Positions 57,667-64,000 of a DNA stretch of 64,000 bases are shown here, piece by piece. Origin of the DNA: Clostridia bacterium (GTDB lineage: Bacteria > Bacillota > Clostridia > UMGS1883 > UMGS1540). The notes beneath the pieces were generated by a model, which saw nothing but the letters and a program-made list of their open reading frames with translations, did no database searches and was not told the origin of the DNA. The number at the start of each line of letters is the position of its first letter. Within the stretch, counting starts at the first letter, position 1. Both the position numbers and the translations under genes were made by a program. Location of the stretch: positions 15,224 to 79,223 of the forward strand of contig JAFSYJ010000040.1 of assembly GCA_017450025.1 (NCBI GenBank), in the 5' to 3' direction.

Positions 57667-60045
57667 ATGAAATTACCTCTCAGTTGGGTTTATGATTATA
57701 CAGATTTGGGAGATATAACCCCCAAGGAATACGCCGACGCTTTGACAATGTCAGGCTCTAAGGTAGAGGGCGTTGAAAAACAGGGCGAAGATATCCAAAA
57801 TGTTATGGTCGGCAGAATTATCAAAAAAGAAAAACATCCTAACGCTGATACACTTTGGGTTTGTCAGGTCGATTTTGGCTCGGAGCAGGTGCAGATAATA
57901 ACAGGCGCCCAGAATATAAACGAAGGCGACCTTGTCCCCTGCGCTCGCCACGGTGCAAAGCTGCCCGGCGGAATTACGATAAAGTCAGGCAAGCTTCGCG
58001 GCGAGGTCTCAAACGGTATGATGTGCTCGCATCAGGAGCTCGGTCTTGCGCTTGAGGATATCGAAGGCGCTTGCGAAAACGGTATTCTTATTTTCCAAAA
58101 GGATTACCCACTCGGCACAGATGTCAAAGAAATTTTGGGGCTCAACGACAGCGTTATCGAATTTGAGATAACCTCAAACCGCCCCGACTGCCTCAGCGTT
58201 ATAGGCCTTGCACGCGAAAGCGCGGCAACTTTCGGAAAGCCGTTTAATCTCAAAGCTCCCGCAGTTAAAGGCGCAGACGGCGATGTAAATGACTATGTTA
58301 AGGTGACAGTTAAAGACTCTGCACTTTGCCCACGGTATGTTGCACGCGCCGTTAAAAACATAAAAATCGCAACCTCCCCCAAGTGGATGCGTGACAGGCT
58401 TGAAAGCTGCGGCGTGCGCGCTATCAATAATATTGTTGATATTACAAATTATGTTATGCTTGAATACGGACAGCCTATGCACGCGTTTGATAAAAACTTC
58501 CTCCGCGGCGGCGAGATTATCGTAAGACGCGCCGAAAACGGCGAGGAATTCAAAACGCTTGACGGAGAAGAAAGAAAGCTCAATAACAGTATGCTCGTTA
58601 TCGCCGATGCTGAAGGTCCCGTTGCGGTTGCGGGCGTTATGGGCGGTGAAAACTCCGAGATACGCGATGACACAACCGAAATGATTTTTGAATCCGCACT
58701 CTTTAACGGCCCGTCCGTAAGACTTACCGCAAAGGCGCTCGGAATGAGAACGGAATCCTCCGCGCGTTTTGAAAAGGGACTTGACGCCGAAAACTGCCTG
58801 AACGCGATAAACAGAGCTTGCGAGCTTGTTGAGGAGCTTGGCGCGGGTGAAGTCGTCGGCGGAATTATTGATATTTATCCAAGTAAAAAAGAAAAGCGCA
58901 TACTTCCCCTTGAGGTTGATAAGACCAATGCTTTTTTGGGCACGGACATCAGCCGTGATTTTATGATAAAAGCGCTTCGCTCGCTTGATTTTGAAGTTGA
59001 CGAAGCTACAAACAAAATCGCCGTTCCGACATTCCGAGACGATGTTGAAAGCTTTGCCGATGTTGCGGAGGAAATCGCAAGAATTTACGGATATAACGAA
59101 ATCGAATCCACGCTTTTGCGCGGCAGAGTAACGACGGGCGGAAGAAATAAAGCACAGCTTGTGGAAGAAAAAATATGCGATACGCTTTGCGCGCTTGGCT
59201 ATTATGAAACAAAAACGTACGCGTTCACACACCCTGCATCGCTTAAAAAGCTCGGCAGAGAAGATGAACTTGAAAAATGCATCAAAATTTCCAATCCACT
59301 TGGTGAAGAAAACTCGATAATGAGAAACAACCTTCTCCATTCAACGCTTGAAGTTCTCGCGCTCAACTATAAGCAGCGCACCGCTCAGGCGCGCCTGTTT
59401 GAAATAGGCAAGGTTTATATACCTCATTCCCTGCCGCTCGCAGAGCTGCCTGACGAAATCAAATACCTGTCAATCGGTGCTTACGGTAACTGCGATTTTT
59501 ATACTCTCAAGGGCGCGGTCGAAGATTTGTTTGACGCTCTCGGCATTGAGGATTATGCGTTTGAAGCCGCAGAAGAACGCTCGTTCCACCCCGGCAAAAC
59601 AGCACTCATCAAAATCGGTAAAAATACCGCAGGCGTAATCGGTGAGACTCACCCCGATATTGCGGAAAATTACGAAATTGACACAGATGTATATCTTGCG
59701 GAGATCAAGCTTGCCGACATTTTTGACGGTATGGATTCCGAGAAGAAATATAAAAAGCTCAACCGCTTCCCGTGCGTCACACGCGATATTGCATTGCTTG
59801 TCGATGTCAGCGTGCCTGCTGCAACAGTTTTGGCTGCAATCAAAAAGTACGCGGGCAAATCGCTTGAGGATATTCAGCTTTTTGATGTATATCAGGGCAA
59901 GCAGATACCCGAAGGCAAAAAAAGTATGGCTTATTCGGCAACATTCCGTGCAGAGGGCAGAACTCTTAACGAGAGCGATATTACAAAAATTATGGATAAG
60001 CTGATAATGATGCTTAAGAAAGACCTTGGCGCAGAACTAAGATAA
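57667..60045 (+). CDS. pheT: Phenylalanine--tRNA ligase beta subunit
   Basis: HPNAD, LRGEVSNGMMCS, NRPDCLS, RFEKG motifs; C-terminal FDX-ACB domain. Confidence 0.97.
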   Translation: MKLPLSWVYDYTDLGDITPKEYADALTMSGSKVEGVEKQGEDIQNVMVGRIIKKEKHPNADTLWVCQVDFGSEQVQIITGAQNINEGDLVPCARHGAKLPGGITIKSGKLRGEVSNGMMCSHQELGLALEDIEGACENGILIFQKDYPLGTDVKEILGLNDSVIEFEITSNRPDCLSVIGLARESAATFGKPFNLKAPAVKGADGDVNDYVKVTVKDSALCPRYVARAVKNIKIATSPKWMRDRLESCGVRAINNIVDITNYVMLEYGQPMHAFDKNFLRGGEIIVRRAENGEEFKTLDGEERKLNNSMLVIADAEGPVAVAGVMGGENSEIRDDTTEMIFESALFNGPSVRLTAKALGMRTESSARFEKGLDAENCLNAINRACELVEELGAGEVVGGIIDIYPSKKEKRILPLEVDKTNAFLGTDISRDFMIKALRSLDFEVDEATNKIAVPTFRDDVESFADVAEEIARIYGYNEIESTLLRGRVTTGGRNKAQLVEEKICDTLCALGYYETKTYAFTHPASLKKLGREDELEKCIKISNPLGEENSIMRNNLLHSTLEVLALNYKQRTAQARLFEIGKVYIPHSLPLAELPDEIKYLSIGAYGNCDFYTLKGAVEDLFDALGIEDYAFEAAEERSFHPGKTALIKIGKNTAGVIGETHPDIAENYEIDTDVYLAEIKLADIFDGMDSEKKYKKLNRFPCVTRDIALLVDVSVPAATVLAAIKKYAGKSLEDIQLFDVYQGKQIPEGKKSMAYSATFRAEGRTLNESDITKIMDKLIMMLKKDLGAELR

Positions 60046-60094
60046 TGGGATGTTAAAAATGACCTGAACGCAAAAGGCAAACATAATATAAAAC

Positions 60095-60122
60095 AAAAAA
60101 GTCCGGACATCCGGACTTTTTT
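60095..60122. terminator. Bidirectional terminator between pheT and alr
   Basis: AAAAAAGTCCGGA-CA-TCCGGACTTTTTT. Confidence 0.85.
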
Positions 60123-60125
60123 ACT

Positions 60126-61244
60126 TTATATATATACCCTCGGCACTCTCTTACCTATTCCGCAGATAATTTCATAGTTTATCGTACCTGCAAGGTCGGC
60201 AACCTCTTCTGCAGTAATTTTGTTGTTGCCGTCTGTACCTATAAGCGTGACATCATCATCTATCGAAATATCTTTAATTCCTGTCACATCAACCATAAAC
60301 TGATCCATACAAATATTGCCGAGTATTTTGGCATACTGCCCGTGAATAAGAACTCTGCCCTTGTTTGATAAGCTTCTCGGATAGCCGTCAGCATACCCTA
60401 CGGGTATTGTAGCGACAACGGTTTCACGCTCGGTTACAAAAGTGTGATTGTAGCTTATCCCTATCCCCTTCGGCAATGTCTTTATATGCACGATATGTGT
60501 TTTAAACGCAAGAGCAGGCGTCAAGTCAAGATTATCGCGATTAACATCTTTTGACGGATAAAGCCCGTACGAAATTATTCCCGGGCGTACCATATCCATA
60601 AACTCGCTTTCGTATTCGATAATGCCTGCGCTGTTGCAAATATGCCTGATCGGTATTTTTACGCCTTCTCCGTCGAGCCTGTCACAAAAATCGCGGAATC
60701 TCTTAACCTGAATATCCGCAAACGCATTTTTACCTTCGTCAGCTGTTGCAAAGTGAGTAAATATACCCTCAATGTTTATATTCGGCAAAGCGTAAATCTT
60801 TTTTATTATGTCAATACTCTTATCGCTTGTATCGACACCGATGCGGCTCATACCCGTATCGACGGCAATATGTATCTTTCCTGTAAGGCCTCTTGATTTT
60901 GCCGCAACCGATAATTTTTCAGCCATTTCGTAGCTGAATACCGTCATCGTAACGTTATTTACAAGAGCGTCTCCGTAAAACTGCGGCGCGATCTTGCCCA
61001 AAATCAAAATAGGCTTTACAATGCCGTTTTTGCGCAGTTCCACGGCTTCTTCGATAACCGCAACAGCAAAATAGTCCACCAAATTATCAAGCGTATTCGC
61101 CACGGGAATTGCGCCGTGACCGTAAGCGTCAGCCTTTATGACCTGCATAACGCGCGCGCTTCCCACTCTGCGCTTGATTTCTTCAATATTGCGCTTTAGC
61201 GCGCAAGTATCAATCTGAGCATAAACTCTGTTATATTCTCTCAT
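60126..61244 (-). CDS. alr: Alanine racemase
   Basis: VIKADAYGHG, DTGMSRIG, GYADG, CMDQ, TINYE motifs. Confidence 0.96.
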   Translation of the reverse strand: MREYNRVYAQIDTCALKRNIEEIKRRVGSARVMQVIKADAYGHGAIPVANTLDNLVDYFAVAVIEEAVELRKNGIVKPILILGKIAPQFYGDALVNNVTMTVFSYEMAEKLSVAAKSRGLTGKIHIAVDTGMSRIGVDTSDKSIDIIKKIYALPNINIEGIFTHFATADEGKNAFADIQVKRFRDFCDRLDGEGVKIPIRHICNSAGIIEYESEFMDMVRPGIISYGLYPSKDVNRDNLDLTPALAFKTHIVHIKTLPKGIGISYNHTFVTERETVVATIPVGYADGYPRSLSNKGRVLIHGQYAKILGNICMDQFMVDVTGIKDISIDDDVTLIGTDGNNKITAEEVADLAGTINYEIICGIGKRVPRVYI

Positions 61245-61396
61245 TTAAACCTCCGTGGCGAGTTTTTAAAATCAAAATTGCCTTATTTTACTTCTTATAT
61301 TATATGTTTAATATCAAAAAATGTCAAGCGTGAAAATTTTTTATAAAAGGTCTTGATTTTTTTGTATGTATGTTGTATAATACTACTTGTTCATAC

Positions 61397-61483
61397 GCCG
61401 GTGTGATGGAATTGGCAGACGTGTCGGACTCAAAATCCGATGGTAGCGATACCGTGTCGGTTCGACCCCGACCACCGGTACCA
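61397..61483 (+). tRNA. tRNA-Leu (CAA)
   Basis: GCCGGTG...TCGGA-CTCAAAA-TCCGA...GGTTCGACCCC...CACCGGTACCA; long variable arm. Confidence 0.95.
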
Positions 61484-61511
61484 AAAAGGGCGGTTATAAA
61501 ACCGCCCTTTT
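61484..61511. terminator. Bidirectional terminator
   Basis: AAAAGGGCGGTT-ATAA-AACCGCCCTTTT. Confidence 0.85.
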
Positions 61512-61519
61512 CTTTGTTC

Positions 61520-62143
61520 TTAATACAGTTTTGTGAACTTGTAATCCTTATCAATTCCAAGCTTTTCAAGCGCTTTTTCCTTGCTCTGTGCGATTTTGCC
61601 GTCAAGATTGTCAAAATAATTGTTGCCCTCACAGTCAATATCCACAATAAACGGCCCTAAATCTTTTATTTTAAAGAACCACGCAGCTTCGATTTTTCCA
61701 AGCTCGTCGTAAAGATACACATCCTGAACTTCAATGGAATCCACCCATAAATTAGGACTTACGGAACGCGGAGAAACATGAACGCACTTTTTTTCCTTCA
61801 TCATTTTTGCCGTTTCTGCGCCCATCGTTGTTTTGCCGATAATCATTTTTAAGTTCCATTCGTCAACGCTTTTTGCGCCCCATTTTTCAAATCTTATGCT
61901 TGATGTCGGCATAAACGATACCAAACGCCACTTTCCGTTTTCTTTGATAACGATAGGTCCGTTGTGAATTAAAATATTTCTGCCCTCGGTTGAAAACGGA
62001 AGCGTGTGATTTTCATCAAAAATGTATTTTTGAAGCCTTGAACGGCAAGTAAATACCTCGCCGCTTACATATACGGTATCCCCTATTTTAAGCTTTGTTA
62101 CATCTCCATCTGTAAGTGGACCGTTTAAATAAAATTCAGCCAT
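61520..62143 (-). CDS. Fe-S hydro-lyase beta subunit (fumarate hydratase/tartrate dehydratase type)
   Basis: L.IGD.VYVSG.VFT, H.GP, PTSSIR, GPFIVDID..GN motifs. Confidence 0.8.
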   Translation of the reverse strand: MAEFYLNGPLTDGDVTKLKIGDTVYVSGEVFTCRSRLQKYIFDENHTLPFSTEGRNILIHNGPIVIKENGKWRLVSFMPTSSIRFEKWGAKSVDEWNLKMIIGKTTMGAETAKMMKEKKCVHVSPRSVSPNLWVDSIEVQDVYLYDELGKIEAAWFFKIKDLGPFIVDIDCEGNNYFDNLDGKIAQSKEKALEKLGIDKDYKFTKLY

Positions 62144-62155
62144 ATATAACGCCTC

Positions 62156-63073
62156 CTATCTGTCGCCAAACCAGTTGGGACTTATCATTTTTGTAACTGT
62201 ACCGTCAGCCGTAATGCGTGACGATGCACGGCGCGCAACCATACAGTTGGTGCTTGTCGCGCACGCGATACCTGCAATATGCGTGTATGCGTACTCAACA
62301 TTGACGGCAAGCACCGAGGTATCTCCTCCCGCGCCTAAAATACCGATACCGAGACTGTTTAACGCCTCGTAAAGATCTTCCTCGATTTTTGCAAACATCG
62401 GGTCAGGGTGTTTAGAGCCTACCGTTCTGAGACACGCCGCCTCCTTTGCCAAATTTGCGGCAACATTGGCAGTTCCTCCGATGCCTATTCCCAAAACAGA
62501 AGGCGGGCAAACCGCACCGGCTCTTGCCGATGCGACAAAGCTGTCCACTACAAATTTTTCTATTCCCTTTATACCGTCAGCAAATGCTACGATTCTGTGT
62601 CTCGTACCGCCAAAGCATTCGCTTCCGCCGCCCTTTGCGGCATAAGAAAGCTCCAAAAAGTCGCCTTCGACAAACTGATATGTAAAGTCGGGAATATTCA
62701 TTCCTATATTGTTGCCGGGGTCGTAACCTGTTATGGGGTGCTTCATTGTAGCGCGCAAATATCCCATCTCCGTAGCCTTCGCAACAGCACGGCGTGCGGC
62801 ATTTTCAAGCTCCATAAATCCGCCTTCTATTTCACAGTTGTTTCCAACCTTAAAATAGAATATCGGCCAGCCCGTGTCCACGCACAGAGGATTTTCGCGT
62901 TTTTTAGACATTTCCATACTGTCAAGCGTTGTTATAAGACCTCTTTTTGCGCTGGGGTTTGTTTCTTTTTCTATTGCCTTTTCAAATGCGGCTTTAACAT
63001 CGGGCGATATTTCCGTTGCGCCCCTTTTGATCGTTTCAAAAAGAGCCTGTTCATAAATTTCTGTTTTAATCAT
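62156..63073 (-). CDS. Fe-S hydro-lyase alpha subunit (fumarate hydratase/tartrate dehydratase type)
   Basis: PLCVDTG, KGGGSE, CPP..LGIGIGG, NC motifs. Confidence 0.85.
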   Translation of the reverse strand: MIKTEIYEQALFETIKRGATEISPDVKAAFEKAIEKETNPSAKRGLITTLDSMEMSKKRENPLCVDTGWPIFYFKVGNNCEIEGGFMELENAARRAVAKATEMGYLRATMKHPITGYDPGNNIGMNIPDFTYQFVEGDFLELSYAAKGGGSECFGGTRHRIVAFADGIKGIEKFVVDSFVASARAGAVCPPSVLGIGIGGTANVAANLAKEAACLRTVGSKHPDPMFAKIEEDLYEALNSLGIGILGAGGDTSVLAVNVEYAYTHIAGIACATSTNCMVARRASSRITADGTVTKMISPNWFGDR

Positions 63074-63091
63074 TATTTAATTCACCTCGGT

Positions 63092-63388
63092 TTAAATTTC
63101 TATATTGGCAAGCGGCATATGCTGCTGGCAGCCGTAAACATCATCGTCATATATACTGCCGCTTATGTACTTGCGAGGAAATGTTACCTTTATTGAATTA
63201 ACAACCTCATAAACGATTATAGAAATATTTTCAATATCTGTATTGTACGCCTTGGCTATTTTTTCTTTTGACAGACCTGATAACGCCTTTTTCATTTTTT
63301 CCGCGTCGTCAAACATAATGTCAAATGTTATAAATAACGGACCTGCGTTTTTACTGCGCAAAATTTTTGCTAAATCAATAAGCTTCAT
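63092..63388 (-). CDS. DUF4387-family protein
   Basis: LRSKNAGP..ITFDI and DVYGCQQH motifs. Confidence 0.8.
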   Translation of the reverse strand: MKLIDLAKILRSKNAGPLFITFDIMFDDAEKMKKALSGLSKEKIAKAYNTDIENISIIVYEVVNSIKVTFPRKYISGSIYDDDVYGCQQHMPLANIEI

Positions 63389-63999
63389 TTCCCTACCTCC
63401 TCGATTTTTATAACTGCGGTTTCAGAAAGCGAATCCACTTTAGCCAAATGAAAAACGCTGAACTCATATACTTCGCCCACATGAATATCGGACGGTGAGA
63501 ACGGAAACGCCATATTGCCTGCGCTTGATTTTCTTCCGTCGTAGTCGCAATGAAGTATTCTTGAACGCGCAAGCGAGCAAATGGTATCGGCAATTTCCTG
63601 CGTTTTGCCGACGGCGTCAATCAAAACGCCCAAACTGCTTTCGCTGCCGCCGTATGTTCTGAATGATAACATATAATCGTCGCTTTTAATGTTTGTGTTG
63701 TTTTTTACAAAGTCCTTAACTGTTTTTTCTATGTAATCAAAATGTGCAATAGTTAACGGGTCATAAATTCCGCCGATGCATATTGTTCTGTAACCCACTT
63801 TTTTGACGCCTTCGAGCTTAAGCGTTTTTTCAGCGGCTTCATTAAATACCGCACCCGTTATTCTGACTGTTCTCTCGTCTATCTGCTCAAACTTGGAATT
63901 TTTGAGGTCGATAGCGCCGTCAGGCTCATAAATCATATAGGGATTTGTCTGCTCATACATTGTGTGAGCCGCCGCGCGTTCTGCACTGCACTTGCGCGT
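63385..63999 (-). CDS. AtuA-family (acyclic terpene utilisation-like) protein, 5'-truncated by the window edge
   Basis: Frame open to the edge (..AAAHTMYEQTNPY..EPDG); LKLEG and SAGNMAFPFSP; overlaps the DUF4387 start. Confidence 0.75.
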   Translation of the reverse strand, partial: TRKCSAERAAAHTMYEQTNPYMIYEPDGAIDLKNSKFEQIDERTVRITGAVFNEAAEKTLKLEGVKKVGYRTICIGGIYDPLTIAHFDYIEKTVKDFVKNNTNIKSDDYMLSFRTYGGSESSLGVLIDAVGKTQEIADTICSLARSRILHCDYDGRKSSAGNMAFPFSPSDIHVGEVYEFSVFHLAKVDSLSETAVIKIEEVGK

Positions 64000-64000
64000 T

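Noticed and set aside
58174-59340. 388-aa minus-strand ORF, and similar antisense ORFs such as 9250-10089, 41224-41874 and 62408-63196
   Set aside because: They are shadow frames opposite well-supported genes and have no recognisable motifs.
61324-61660. ORFs overlapping tRNA-Leu(CAA)
   Set aside because: The region is explained by the tRNA and its terminator.
1-64000. CRISPR array, IS/transposase, integrase or rRNA
   Set aside because: I found no regularly spaced repeats and no ORF with transposase, integrase or Cas motifs, and saw no rRNA-like sequence.
61484-64000. Second island at the tRNA-Leu(CAA) 3' end
   Set aside because: There is no obvious composition shift, att repeat or mobility gene.

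Overview
Chromosomal window from a spore-forming Clostridia-class Firmicute (sigF/sigG, spoIIAA/AB, spoVM, T-box, preQ1 riboswitch). It is mostly housekeeping: a long minus-strand mutS-mutL-miaA-...-ileS-lspA-rluD operon, metG, glyQS, pheST, pnp/rpsO, tgt, and three tRNAs (Leu-GAG, Thr-CGT, Leu-CAA). The left ~2.8 kb is a visibly AT-rich accessory segment abutting the 3' end of tRNA-Leu(GAG). It carries a tightly coupled three-gene module: an sce7726-like PD-(D/E)XK protein, an sce7725-like protein and a Cys-rich RES-domain protein. This module is the best candidate for a poorly characterised defence or toxin system. Other notable observations are: mutS split by one in-frame TAA; a DnaA-box cluster beside the Spo0A box and sigma-H promoter of spoIIA, with no dnaA in the window; an ltaS-GT-C-ubiA-HAD operon suggesting lipid-linked ribosylation of a surface polymer; an apparently fused madL/madM junction; two small ORFs missing from the ORF track (SpoVM and a 50-aa membrane peptide); and an AtuA/DUF4387/Fe-S hydro-lyase catabolic cluster at the right edge. 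All family assignments come from recognising motifs by eye; no database searches were run.
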